Virus record (IMG/VR): IMGVR_UViG_3300027413_000007 | Location: 4,180 to 68,179 of that record | DNA: 64,000 nt | From: a virus | Strand: one strand, 5' to 3' | Shown here: in pieces, positions 20,813 through 31,117 of the stretch | Numbering within the stretch: position 1 is the stretch's first letter | Layout of the letters: each line of letters begins with the position of its first letter | Notes under the pieces: generated by a model | What the model was told of the DNA's origin: nothing | Databases searched by the model: none | Seen by the model: the letters and a program-made list of their open reading frames with translations, nothing else | Made by a program: the position numbers and the translations under genes

Positions 20813-21827
20813 CATGTTTTGCTAGTTCTATCATTAAACTTTTAGGAGCTCCGCAAATATCGCCATCCCATCCTAGTTGATGACAATCTCCTCCGCAAAA
20901 TCTAGAAACAGGACATTCTAAACAAAGAGGATTTCTCATTTTTTCTTCTAATATAGTTCTTATTCTTTTAGGACTTTTTAGTAATATATCGATAGAATCA
21001 TCTAGACTTCCAAAGGCTTGTTCAGGAGCGCTATTTGGACATCCTGCGATAGTTCCATCACCATTTATTGTAAATAGTTTTTGCTCACAATCTCTACAAA
21101 ATGTTCCGCATGTAGTCATAGTCTTTTCAAACTTAGCATAGACATTTTCTAAAAAGTCATTTTCAAACCAATCTCGTGCTCCATGCTCTTCACTTTGAAT
21201 ATGCATTTTTAAAAAATATGAATCGAGTTCTGCATTGCTTGGAAAGATTTCTGATGCTTTTCTTGCACTACCATTATTAGTTAATCTTTCAAGAGAAACT
21301 TCTTGAACACCTAATCTCCTACACCATCTTAATAGCGTTATAGGATCTTTAGCAAGAGTATCTTTAGTGAGACTAATAAACAGGCGAATAGTTACTCCTT
21401 CAGCAAGCAATGTTTTTACATTTTTATGCCAAAGATTATATTGGGTATTATTTTCAAATCGTATCTTACGATCCCAAGATGTACCTAATCTATTACCGAG
21501 CGGCCCTTTAATAAATTCTTTATGTTCATCTTTTAATTTAAATACTAGATTAGTTGTTGCACCCCAAGACATCTGATCCCATAGACCATCGCATGCGTCG
21601 TATACCTTTCGCATTTGGCCAACCGGTACAAGAAACGGTTCACCACCATGAAATTCCATATGTATAGAATCTTGTGTTGCAGGTTTTTCTTTTCTAAATC
21701 TATGAATCCAGTCAACTAGCTTATCAGTATTCCAATAAATCTTTTGACCGCTTCTTCCGCTCGTAAAACAATGCGCACAATTAAGCTGACATGTTTCTGT
21801 TGTTTTGAGATACATCAGCCAGTTCAT
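20808..21827 (-). CDS. Radical SAM/SPASM enzyme
   Basis: CQLNCAHC, FHGGEP, SPASM-like CRDC...GCP...CLECPVSRFCGGDC...C. Confidence 0.92.
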   Translation of the reverse strand: MNWLMYLKTTETCQLNCAHCFTSGRSGQKIYWNTDKLVDWIHRFRKEKPATQDSIHMEFHGGEPFLVPVGQMRKVYDACDGLWDQMSWGATTNLVFKLKDEHKEFIKGPLGNRLGTSWDRKIRFENNTQYNLWHKNVKTLLAEGVTIRLFISLTKDTLAKDPITLLRWCRRLGVQEVSLERLTNNGSARKASEIFPSNAELDSYFLKMHIQSEEHGARDWFENDFLENVYAKFEKTMTTCGTFCRDCEQKLFTINGDGTIAGCPNSAPEQAFGSLDDSIDILLKSPKRIRTILEEKMRNPLCLECPVSRFCGGDCHQLGWDGDICGAPKSLMIELAKHV

Positions 21828-22308
21828 TATTAATTTTATCCTCTGTATAATTTTCTAAACCAAAGCTCAGTGTCAATGCTTCATCTTTATTTAATGCTTG
21901 ATGAGGAGTATTGGCTGGTATATGTATATATTCTCCTGGACTAATAGTCACTGGCTTATCATTAATTATTAAAGACTTAGATCCTTCACAACAATATATA
22001 ATAACATCATCTGGGTCGGTATGCATATCAAAAGAATAAGACCCAGCCACCGCAAAAAATAAATGACACGTAACGTGTGGTTTATGTTCCCAATCAGTTT
22101 TTACTTTCCAGCAATATTCGTATATTGCTGAATTAAAATTTTCCATACGTTCAATTTTTATAGAATGGTTTTGTTTTTGTGCTTTGCACAAATCACTAAA
22201 GCTAGTAATTAGTTGTTCACGACCCTGTTCATCTATAGCATAAACCATGTTTTGTTCATACATATGATTTGCAGTAAGTGCAGATATGAGTTGAGATTTA
22301 TTAATCAT
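21781..22308 (-). CDS. JmjC/cupin (ROX/YcfD-like) 2OG oxygenase
   Basis: SFDMHTDPDDV...EGSK...PGEYIHIPANTPHQA...LSFG. Confidence 0.8.
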   Translation of the reverse strand: MINKSQLISALTANHMYEQNMVYAIDEQGREQLITSFSDLCKAQKQNHSIKIERMENFNSAIYEYCWKVKTDWEHKPHVTCHLFFAVAGSYSFDMHTDPDDVIIYCCEGSKSLIINDKPVTISPGEYIHIPANTPHQALNKDEALTLSFGLENYTEDKINNELADVSQNNRNMSA

Positions 22309-22314
22309 AATTTA

Positions 22315-22343
22315 ATTATATACTATTTTTAATTAAATGTAAA
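22315..22343 (-). promoter_or_regulatory. sigma70-type promoter TTTACA-N17-TATAAT at the head of the enzyme cassette
   Basis: tgtaaa 22338-43 and attata 22315-20 on the + strand, 17-nt spacer; only 6 nt to the ATG at 22308. Confidence 0.65.
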
Positions 22344-22350
22344 CAGTTAT

Positions 22351-24123
22351 TTACACTTTTAATACACATTCTATTAATTTTTCTTCAACTGCAGTAGACG
22401 ATTCTAAAGCAATACCTATTATTCCGGTCATACCACCGGTTGCAAAGCCATTAAACTCTTTACCTGCGCATCCATTATGGTGAGCATATACAGGATCACC
22501 TTTATTAACAGCTCCAACTATTCTAACTGGAACACGTCCCTTAAGAGCAAGTGCTTGTCCATCTATATCTGCGTTCATTAAATATGCGGGATCAGCTGAA
22601 ACCACACCCATTGGAATTCCATTTGCAGTACATGCTACTGTTTCTTCAGTTTCGTTTGATGATATCATCATTACTGTTCCAACTGGATGCTCTTCGCTTG
22701 TAGTATATTTTTCTGCAAGGTCAGCATAATTTGCAGACGTTGCATTACCAGCAAAAGTTCCTGCGGTCAATGTATGTGATGATGGATTATATAGTAAATG
22801 ATCGTTATCTGTATCAATATATGGTCGCTGGTAACCTGCGCCGTTATTATCACTAAACAATATTTGATAATTTACGTCATCATTTTTTTCATCTACATTA
22901 ATATTATCGGCATTAGTAGCCAGTGTTACATCACCACTCGCAAGAGTAACTACTCCAGCATTAGTAATTGTAGCATCTCCACTTAACGTGGCCGCAGTAA
23001 AACCAGAGCCATTACCAATTAAAATTTGTGCATCTCCTACAGCAACATCTGATGGTACACCTCCAGTAGCTGCATTTCTAACTTTAATTGTACTAGCTGC
23101 CATATTACTTAGTTTTGCATTTGTTACATTACCATCTAATATTTTAACAGTAGTGACGGCATTATCTGCAATTTGTCCAGTTGCTACTTGAGCTGCTACC
23201 ACATCACCAGCAACTCTTCCAACTACCGTATTTACTGGCACAGCAAAACTTACGAGATCTCCTGCAGCTCGAGCAACAACACTATTAGTAGAAATCGATA
23301 AGTCATCAATATTTGCAGTACCTACTTTTGCAAGAAGAGTGTTATCACCTAATGCTAAGTCAGTTGGATTTTCAGCGCCTGCCGTAGCATTTACCTTAAC
23401 TGTATTAGCTGCCATATTGTTTAGTTTTGCATTCGTCACCACATCTGGTTGGATTGTAACAACACCAGCATTTGTCATAAGAACATCTTGAGATAAAGCA
23501 GCAGATGTAAAACCAGTTCCATCACCAATTAAAATTTGCTCATCAACAACAGCTTTATTTGACGATGCTCCAGCTGTATTTGCATCTCTTACTTTAACTG
23601 TATTTGCTGGCATATCTTCTAACATAAGACCATCAGCTTCTTGAGTTAATCCATGACCACCTGCAACATTAAATACACCAGATGAATCATCTATAGTAGA
23701 TTTACTTATACCAAGTCCTGCAGCGTAATTTGTAGTCGGAGGAATAGCCCAAGTAAATGTTCCATCTCCATCAGATCTTAAAAACTGATATTGAACACCT
23801 CCACTAAGGAGAGAATATCCGCCCATACCGTTAACAGCTAAGTGATGAGAAGTAATAACATCTGAATCAATATTACGGCCAGAGATCGCATGCGTATCTA
23901 TATGATATTCTTTAAGTTGGTTTGAATCTATCCATGCCATATCATGTAAGTGGTTCATCGCTGATACATAACTAGAATCATGACCAGTAAAACCAGGAGA
24001 TCCTGTTTGGCCACTACCGGTAGTCAGCGCATCTAAGTCTCCTCCTTGTTCACCAATGAGGTTGGTCTTCTGTCTCCAACTATTAATTGTATCAGTTAGA
24101 TTTACGATTACCTGTCTAGCCAT
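22351..24123 (-). CDS. Tail fibre/spike with C-terminal intramolecular chaperone (peptidase G2-like)
   Basis: N-terminal TDTINSWRQKTN, internal VTNAKL..MAANTVK repeats, C-terminal YADLAEKY...ALKGRVPV...GIALE. Confidence 0.8.
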   Translation of the reverse strand: MARQVIVNLTDTINSWRQKTNLIGEQGGDLDALTTGSGQTGSPGFTGHDSSYVSAMNHLHDMAWIDSNQLKEYHIDTHAISGRNIDSDVITSHHLAVNGMGGYSLLSGGVQYQFLRSDGDGTFTWAIPPTTNYAAGLGISKSTIDDSSGVFNVAGGHGLTQEADGLMLEDMPANTVKVRDANTAGASSNKAVVDEQILIGDGTGFTSAALSQDVLMTNAGVVTIQPDVVTNAKLNNMAANTVKVNATAGAENPTDLALGDNTLLAKVGTANIDDLSISTNSVVARAAGDLVSFAVPVNTVVGRVAGDVVAAQVATGQIADNAVTTVKILDGNVTNAKLSNMAASTIKVRNAATGGVPSDVAVGDAQILIGNGSGFTAATLSGDATITNAGVVTLASGDVTLATNADNINVDEKNDDVNYQILFSDNNGAGYQRPYIDTDNDHLLYNPSSHTLTAGTFAGNATSANYADLAEKYTTSEEHPVGTVMMISSNETEETVACTANGIPMGVVSADPAYLMNADIDGQALALKGRVPVRIVGAVNKGDPVYAHHNGCAGKEFNGFATGGMTGIIGIALESSTAVEEKLIECVLKV

Positions 24124-24346
24124 TTGATTCTACCATTTTTTCTGTTAATTGCGCTAACATTTTTTTTATTTCACTTACATCATTTTTTAATTCAACAAGT
24201 TCTTTTTCTTTAGCAGCGTCTAATTTCTTTTTCATTCTAGCCATATTTATAGCATCGTTATCAATATTTAATATTGCTCCACTAGCTAAATCTTTAACTA
24301 AATTAGGATGACCATTTACTTTTACACAATTAATATTACTTCTCAA
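24116..24346 (-). CDS. Small conserved T4-like hypothetical protein
   Basis: KVNGHPNLVKD..SGAILN followed by a coiled coil (ELKNDVSEIKKML). Confidence 0.7.
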   Translation of the reverse strand: MRSNINCVKVNGHPNLVKDLASGAILNIDNDAINMARMKKKLDAAKEKELVELKNDVSEIKKMLAQLTEKMVESNG

Positions 24347-24348
24347 TT

Positions 24349-27300
24349 TTAAACTCCTAACGCTATAACTCTTAAATCTTTAACTGTAGGAACCTTTGAA
24401 CTGTTATTAGCAAAAAATACAATTTTAATTTGGAATGTAGTAAAGGCTGGAATAGACCCTCCAACGCCGCCAATTAAATAGCGATATTCTTTATAAGAAT
24501 AGATATTATCTGAAGTAGAAACAGGTGCTTCAAGTTCAGCTATTGTCCAGTCAATATCAGTTAGTATTGTATCTTCTGTACCAGTTTTATAATATACATC
24601 AAATAACGAGCCTGTAGGTCTGTTACCAGCTAATAAAACTTTTAATCCTACTGCAGTATTTGTTAATGTCACTGGCTTTGTAATATGTTTAGCAAGAGCA
24701 CTTCCACTAAACGGAGTAGTTTCTGCAGCATAATCAAAGATCACATTATGACCAGAAGTAGCTGATGCTGCTGGTCTATCTATTTCATTTTTAGTAAGTA
24801 CTAATGAACATCTTTGCAAATCAATAATAGGCGAAACAAAAGAGCTAGTTGTACTCATTGAGAGTCTTAAAGAACCAGTATTAACTCCACCTAATCCGCC
24901 AGCACCTGTTGCAGTATCTTCTTTTACTGCATTTGCTACCATTATCGGAGTCTCAAAATAATTTTTCTGATTAAGCGCAATATCGGTATATCCTCCTGCT
25001 GGCGCAACATATGGAGTTTCTAACGCAACATTCGAATATCCGGAATACAAGCTTGCTTTTGGAATTATACTTGTATTAGGAGGATCAAGAGTTTGAACAA
25101 TAGGATATAAAGTATTTCCTTGAATATTTTTAGTTGCAAATATTTCACTTCCACCGCCTTGAGCTGCTGAAGTCGCTGATCCTGCAGCTAATGTAATTTT
25201 ATAGCCTGTAGGATCAATATGGGTTATTGTATGAGTAGTGTTAAGTTGAGAAGCTGTAACGCCTCCAACCGCAGTTGCTCCAGTAATAGCAACTTTATCT
25301 CCAACAAATAAATTATGATTCTTATGGAAAACTCTTATTGAAGTTGGAGCTGAAGTATTTGTTAAAATAGGATTAAGACCTAATTGAGCAAGTGGTAAAT
25401 CTGCTGTATTAAGTTGAGCAACTGCTTGTATATTAGTAGCAAAATCAGCTCTATATAATGTAAATTTCATATCCTGTTCTTGAGAAGCTTCCCAAGTTGT
25501 ACTGTTTTGTGACTTAAAGAAAGATCCTAAGAATGGCTGTTTTGTAATTCTTCTTGAAGTAGATCCTAATTCCCAGTCACCCATAAATGATGTCCATAAT
25601 AAATAATCTGTATTGTCGCATATACAAACAATTGCGTATTCTGTTCTACCAGATAAGTAGATTGGTTCATCAAAGGTAAATGTTGTTGAAAGACTTGCGT
25701 CATTAGAAATTGCAACATCACCAGGTGCTAAATATTTTCTAGATCCTGGTACAATTGTATTTGATGCTGGATAACCATTTACAAGAGGTCTTAATTCAAT
25801 CCATACTGGTAGCGTAGCATGTTTTGTTTTAAAATATAAATCAACTTTAGTTACAAATATACCTTCGTCTTGAGGAACACGAAACGATTGCGCTAAAGGA
25901 TCAGGGGCCTCGCTCCGATCGATCCGTGGCACAGGTTGCAATCTAGATCCAGTTACTACTCTACTAGTACTTGAAACTCTATTTCCAACTACTGTAAGAT
26001 GTCGAGTAGATAATATTTCTTCTTGCCAAGTCTGTAGAGCACCTGAAGCGTTATATGATGCTACTGCTCGTGATCCTGGCAAACCACCGTTGTTCGCTGT
26101 TTCTGTAACGTCAAGTAACATAAAATTAGCGTTACCAGTTCTAAATTTAGTTGTACTATTATTAGGAATAAAAAAAGATCCTGCGACACTACCCTTTGCA
26201 TCTGTAAGTAATGCGCCACTTCCATCTGGATGTGTTGTAAAATTATTTGGCGATTCATATTCAACTCTTGAGGAATTAATTCTATCAAAGTTTCCAGTAC
26301 TTCTAACAAAATCATCCATTTTAACGTTATTTAAGTATGCAAAATGATATGCATTTGGCCGCAACCCAATAGCTTCAAAACTAACTTTTCTACTTCTCAT
26401 GAATGGTATAACTGCTACATCAATAATTTTAGAACCCAAAGAAGTTCGAATAGTTTCAGAAGCCACTACTCTATTTACAATTGAACTTGTAGTTTGGTCA
26501 AATCCCCAAACTGTTAATCTTCCACTGGTCTGAGAGAATGCTCGACTAGATGTCGTTGTAGCTGATGCTACTGTAGTTTCATCCCCTACTTCCATTCCTT
26601 CAATGTCGTTACCTAACCAACCCCACTCTGATTGATCAAAAAGAAGCGCTTGATTGAGATTTAATCTTGTTCCACCGTCAATCACTTTTGCAGCAGCAAT
26701 TTGATCAACTTTCCATTCATCTGACTGAGGAGATAACGTCATTGATCCACTATAAATGGAAATCATATATGGATTAACATTTTCTGTACGTGATACAACT
26801 GATTGTGTAATATATGCAACTTCAGTATGTTTAATATAAATGTTATCTCCTTTTAAAACGGTGTCTGGTGTATCTACTCCGCTTACAGTCCTCGAAGAAG
26901 AAGTTGCTGCATCGTAAATAAGCCCTACATTATATTCAGTAAAAGGTGGATGTAAAGTCATAGTTTTTGGATCAATAGAAGCTTTATATTCAACTGAATT
27001 AACATTAGCGTGAAAAAGATCTTTAAAATTATCTACAAGAAATCCAGATTTAGTTCTATTATTACCTGAAGCATCAATAACTTCCAACGCATTAGTATCT
27101 AGTTCTAATAAACTAAGAGCTACAGTTTCTTCTAATAAATCTACTCGCTTATCGATTTTACCAATATCTTTCATGGTATAACCTTTATTTTCAATAAATT
27201 TAACGACCATGTCAGAAGGAGAAATTGTACCACCGTTAAGTGACGATCTATATAATTCTAAAGATTTAGGTGGTTGAGATGGTAATACTGGATTATCTGC

Positions 27301-29604
27301 TGGTGTTCCTTCTAAGTTTTCTAAAATACCTTCAGAATTTATAATGATTCTATCTTGTCTTGGAAGATAATGCTCAATTCTCACGTCTATAAGTGTATCA
27401 TTTTGAGGTAATTCATTAACTACACCACCAGTCGCTCCTCCAGTATCATTAAATACTGAACCGCCAGGTGCTATAGCTGATCTGAAGTCCATTACGTCTC
27501 TGAGTTGAACTACTGTTCCATCTCTCATGATATATTCTGGAATATCACCATATCCAGCCGGAAGACCTGGATAAGATCCTACTGCAAAACATACACCGGC
27601 TCCATGTTGATAATATGTAAATTCTACATAAACATTACCAGTAAGACCGCTCGTAGATTTTCTTATTAATTTTCCTAGTCCGTAGAATCCGTCTCGTTGT
27701 CCGTTATCGACTACAAACTGATCACTTACATCAGGACCACTTGATGATCCTTCTTTAATCATTGTTACTGCAATAATATCGTTTTGATCAAGATCTACAG
27801 TTCCAATACCACCGCTAACAACAATAGCAATAGTTTCTTGTTGATTAGTTGAAACCGTTTTTGATCTTACAGAAATGTTACTTGATTTTTTAACATATGC
27901 CAATACTTCAACAGCATTAGTAGCATGTGGTAAGCCAGTAATTTGAATAGTCTGACTACCCGGAGACCCTATTGTTGCAGCAGTAGTGACTGTACCTCCT
28001 TGCATTATAATCCAATCACCAGTATTATCAAATATTTCTCCAGATAAACCAGTAAGTGTTATAGAATTACTTGAAGGAGTTCCTGTAAATTTACGCATTA
28101 CAGTCATATTAACAATTGCAATATCTTTTGGTCTTTTATAAGGAACTTCAAAGAATAAATTATTATCATTTGCTTCTTTAAGAACTGCTCCAGCAGGGCT
28201 TCCTTCTAATACTAATGTTGAATAAACACTTGTACTAGTACCAATTTTAACTGCATCTCTAAAGCTATTTGTACCTGTCATTACTACATCAAATATAAAG
28301 ACTCTAAAGTTCGAACCAAATGCTGCTGGTGCATCTACATGGCGTACTCTACAAGTTCCTAACACTGAATTATCAGCTTTGTAAATATTAACTGCTGGAA
28401 ATGTAGTTTTTTGATTACCACTTGGTGAATCCATAGGTAATGCGCCAACAAATGCCGATACAATTACATAACTTCCGTATTCTGCAGGAATAGAACTAAT
28501 ATCGCCAGTCGAAGTATTACCAGCAAAGGTAGTTGCTTTATTAACCGAAATCTGTGTTCGAGTTGGTAGATTAATTCTATGACCATTTACATATGCTTTA
28601 CCCGGACTTAATTCTGCTTCTAAGGTTGTACTACTACCAGAATCGTATGTCAAATAAAATGGATCTACAACATAATTACCAGATTCTTCAGATGTTCTTT
28701 GAGCGATTAGATCATTAATTTTATTATATTGATTAAATCCTGTTGCTTGTTCTACTATAACTGAATTAATAATATTAGCAATATACATAAATGTAGTTAA
28801 GCCAGGATTAGCCGGTTTAACTACAAGTGTTAAAGTTATTCTATAACGGTCAGCACCAGGTGCTGCAATATTTGGAAATTGTCCTTGATTGTCAAATAAC
28901 GCATCATTATCAGATGCGGTGACTACATCCTGAACTACATTAAATCCTACCTGCCCTGTAAAATCATTGCTATATTTTGAAACAATTATTGATTGAGATG
29001 TAGCAAAACAAAAATGACCTTGCGTAAAATAATCACCTGATGCGACTGATAGTCGTACACCTTGACCGTACGATGGATTTGATTCAGTATGATTAGCTTT
29101 AATTTTATACGATTCACTGCCGTTATCTATTTGAATCGTTTCATCTGGCAAAAATCTTAAGGTAGAGATTCCAGCGGTCTGCGATCCACCACTTCGATAC
29201 ATAATATAAAGTGTAGGAGGATTTTCAGCTGTTCCATCCCCGTCTTCAACACAGATAATCTCAGCACTAATACCAGAAGTTAATCCGTTAAAAATAGCTC
29301 CAGGCACAGCTAGTGTGTTTGCTGCAAATGCAGTAGTAGGAGCTTGCAAAATGCCTGGCTGCAATTTAACAAATTGAATATTAGCGTTTAAACTAATTCC
29401 ACCTGGATTAACCATCGCTCCTTCTTTAAAGATATTTCGACCAAACCGCTCCATATCTTTTTGAATAATAGTTTGGGATTGAGTTAATTCTCTTGCTTGT
29501 AGCGCTCTACGCGGATTAAAAAGAATTCTTTTGTACCCAGCGCTATCGGAAAAATCATCCTTATAGGTAGAATTCATCAAGTTTTCTGAGAAGCTTATTG
29601 GCAT
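24349..29604 (-). CDS. Large baseplate-associated structural protein (VrlC/DUF4815-like)
   Basis: YKDDF...YKRILFNP.RALQARELTQ.Q, APGADR, YTMKDIGK.DKR, KSGFLVDNF, DPLAQSF. Confidence 0.85.
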   Translation of the reverse strand: MPISFSENLMNSTYKDDFSDSAGYKRILFNPRRALQARELTQSQTIIQKDMERFGRNIFKEGAMVNPGGISLNANIQFVKLQPGILQAPTTAFAANTLAVPGAIFNGLTSGISAEIICVEDGDGTAENPPTLYIMYRSGGSQTAGISTLRFLPDETIQIDNGSESYKIKANHTESNPSYGQGVRLSVASGDYFTQGHFCFATSQSIIVSKYSNDFTGQVGFNVVQDVVTASDNDALFDNQGQFPNIAAPGADRYRITLTLVVKPANPGLTTFMYIANIINSVIVEQATGFNQYNKINDLIAQRTSEESGNYVVDPFYLTYDSGSSTTLEAELSPGKAYVNGHRINLPTRTQISVNKATTFAGNTSTGDISSIPAEYGSYVIVSAFVGALPMDSPSGNQKTTFPAVNIYKADNSVLGTCRVRHVDAPAAFGSNFRVFIFDVVMTGTNSFRDAVKIGTSTSVYSTLVLEGSPAGAVLKEANDNNLFFEVPYKRPKDIAIVNMTVMRKFTGTPSSNSITLTGLSGEIFDNTGDWIIMQGGTVTTAATIGSPGSQTIQITGLPHATNAVEVLAYVKKSSNISVRSKTVSTNQQETIAIVVSGGIGTVDLDQNDIIAVTMIKEGSSSGPDVSDQFVVDNGQRDGFYGLGKLIRKSTSGLTGNVYVEFTYYQHGAGVCFAVGSYPGLPAGYGDIPEYIMRDGTVVQLRDVMDFRSAIAPGGSVFNDTGGATGGVVNELPQNDTLIDVRIEHYLPRQDRIIINSEGILENLEGTPADNPVLPSQPPKSLELYRSSLNGGTISPSDMVVKFIENKGYTMKDIGKIDKRVDLLEETVALSLLELDTNALEVIDASGNNRTKSGFLVDNFKDLFHANVNSVEYKASIDPKTMTLHPPFTEYNVGLIYDAATSSSRTVSGVDTPDTVLKGDNIYIKHTEVAYITQSVVSRTENVNPYMISIYSGSMTLSPQSDEWKVDQIAAAKVIDGGTRLNLNQALLFDQSEWGWLGNDIEGMEVGDETTVASATTTSSRAFSQTSGRLTVWGFDQTTSSIVNRVVASETIRTSLGSKIIDVAVIPFMRSRKVSFEAIGLRPNAYHFAYLNNVKMDDFVRSTGNFDRINSSRVEYESPNNFTTHPDGSGALLTDAKGSVAGSFFIPNNSTTKFRTGNANFMLLDVTETANNGGLPGSRAVASYNASGALQTWQEEILSTRHLTVVGNRVSSTSRVVTGSRLQPVPRIDRSEAPDPLAQSFRVPQDEGIFVTKVDLYFKTKHATLPVWIELRPLVNGYPASNTIVPGSRKYLAPGDVAISNDASLSTTFTFDEPIYLSGRTEYAIVCICDNTDYLLWTSFMGDWELGSTSRRITKQPFLGSFFKSQNSTTWEASQEQDMKFTLYRADFATNIQAVAQLNTADLPLAQLGLNPILTNTSAPTSIRVFHKNHNLFVGDKVAITGATAVGGVTASQLNTTHTITHIDPTGYKITLAAGSATSAAQGGGSEIFATKNIQGNTLYPIVQTLDPPNTSIIPKASLYSGYSNVALETPYVAPAGGYTDIALNQKNYFETPIMVANAVKEDTATGAGGLGGVNTGSLRLSMSTTSSFVSPIIDLQRCSLVLTKNEIDRPAASATSGHNVIFDYAAETTPFSGSALAKHITKPVTLTNTAVGLKVLLAGNRPTGSLFDVYYKTGTEDTILTDIDWTIAELEAPVSTSDNIYSYKEYRYLIGGVGGSIPAFTTFQIKIVFFANNSSKVPTVKDLRVIALGV

Positions 29605-29619
29605 GTTATTACTCTACTC

Positions 29620-31032
29620 TTATAATTGGATTATTACTTTAATATCTTCGGACTGATTTGCAGTACGAGAAACTGCTACTCGATTATCTAAATATAAAAC
29701 TTCACCAGATAATCTGTCCACTTCACCTGGATTATCATGTGTTTCAATAACACCTTCACCGTTTCCATTTGTTTCTGCAATAGTTTCACCAGTTTGAAAT
29801 TGTTTAAAACCAGTTTCAGGAGACTGATGGTAAAATAATCTTGATCCTAAAGTTACACTTGAATCTACATTATCTATATAAGCTTTAGCTCCACTACTTA
29901 CACCTTCAATAATTTTATCTTTATTAAATGCAATAGTATAACTTGATAATTTAATATTTCTAGATGCTATACCAGTAAGAGCAAAAAAGTCACCTGCAGA
30001 ATCTCCGGCGCTTGGATTTTTTAAAAGACCTATTTGTCTAAAGTCTTGAGATAAAATAAAATCATCATCAATATCTAAAATTTTGCTTCTAAACATTAAA
30101 GCATTTGCTTTTAAATCTTTCCTTGCATCTCTGCCAAATCCTGGCGTTGGCCCGATGATAGGTCTTGCTTGAGCGCTGTCACCGCCAGATCCATCTGGAG
30201 AAATTGTAACAGCAGCGAAATCATAGCTATCTAAATAGCTTAATGTATTTCCAGAAGTAGGATTAGTATTAATAGCAGTAATTGTTCCGGCATTTGAATC
30301 TATAACTGCAGTTACAAAATTTGTAGCAGAATCACCGAACGATAACGTTCCATTCCCACGAATAACGACATTTGGCAAAGCTCCAGTAGTTCCATATCCA
30401 TTGCCACCGTTTGTCATTACGAATGAAGTAATTCTACCTGGCTTAGCATTTTGTTGAATTTCCCACTGCTTAATTTCAATTCCTGTTGAGTTTGAATCTG
30501 GAGCTGTTTCTTGAATATGAACAGGCATATACTGAGATGACAAAAAGAAATTAGCTTTTAGAGCACTAACAGTATAAAGAAACTTCCATACATAACCATC
30601 TGATGTCGAGAACGGATCAACGTTTTCGTTTCCACTTGGTTTCACAAGAGATGGTTGCACAACTCCTTGTTTATTTCTGCCAGTCCGTAAACAAATATAT
30701 ACTCCGTAATTATCTGTTAAAACATAATACCTAGTTCCAACACTTAAACTACCTTGTCTTCTATCATCCCATTGAGGGTAAACTGTTCCGTATGCCCAAT
30801 CTTGTCTTGGTACAACGAAACTAGCAGCTTCTACTTTTTTTACGGATTGCAACCGTTCTTTAAAATCTATTATATCAAATTTGGCATTAATCGGAGTAGT
30901 AGCTGCATCATTACTATCCCAAATTTCAGATCTTCCAACACCAATATAATATTCTGTGCCTGAGGTATTATAATCGCCCAGTAAAGCGCTTAAGATGTTA
31001 AATTTTAAATCATCAGTGACGATAGCTGTCAT
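29620..31032 (-). CDS. Baseplate wedge subunit gp8
   Basis: VVPR.DW..G, YYVLTDNYGVYICL, DGYVWKFLY, DFRQIGLLKNP, SGEVLYLDNR...EDIKVII. Confidence 0.88.
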   Translation of the reverse strand: MTAIVTDDLKFNILSALLGDYNTSGTEYYIGVGRSEIWDSNDAATTPINAKFDIIDFKERLQSVKKVEAASFVVPRQDWAYGTVYPQWDDRRQGSLSVGTRYYVLTDNYGVYICLRTGRNKQGVVQPSLVKPSGNENVDPFSTSDGYVWKFLYTVSALKANFFLSSQYMPVHIQETAPDSNSTGIEIKQWEIQQNAKPGRITSFVMTNGGNGYGTTGALPNVVIRGNGTLSFGDSATNFVTAVIDSNAGTITAINTNPTSGNTLSYLDSYDFAAVTISPDGSGGDSAQARPIIGPTPGFGRDARKDLKANALMFRSKILDIDDDFILSQDFRQIGLLKNPSAGDSAGDFFALTGIASRNIKLSSYTIAFNKDKIIEGVSSGAKAYIDNVDSSVTLGSRLFYHQSPETGFKQFQTGETIAETNGNGEGVIETHDNPGEVDRLSGEVLYLDNRVAVSRTANQSEDIKVIIQL

Positions 31033-31096
31033 ATTTCTTTCCTAACTTAATATGTACTCAAATTGTAATAGTAAAAATATTAATATTTGTTAACTA

Positions 31097-31104
31097 TATT
31101 TATA
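31097..31104 (-). promoter_or_regulatory. Late promoter TATAAATA
   Basis: Exact match in the gp7-gp8 spacer. Confidence 0.65.
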
Positions 31105-31117
31105 TACTTTTTTTAAC

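Noticed and set aside
11592-22308. Cassette as a DNA hypermodification or queuosine/7-deazaguanine pathway
   Set aside because: No QueC/QueD/FolE/DpdA, kinase or glycosyltransferase motifs are seen; the SPASM-type tails, tail-module location and Cys/His-tailed neighbour fit protein modification better. Not formally excluded.
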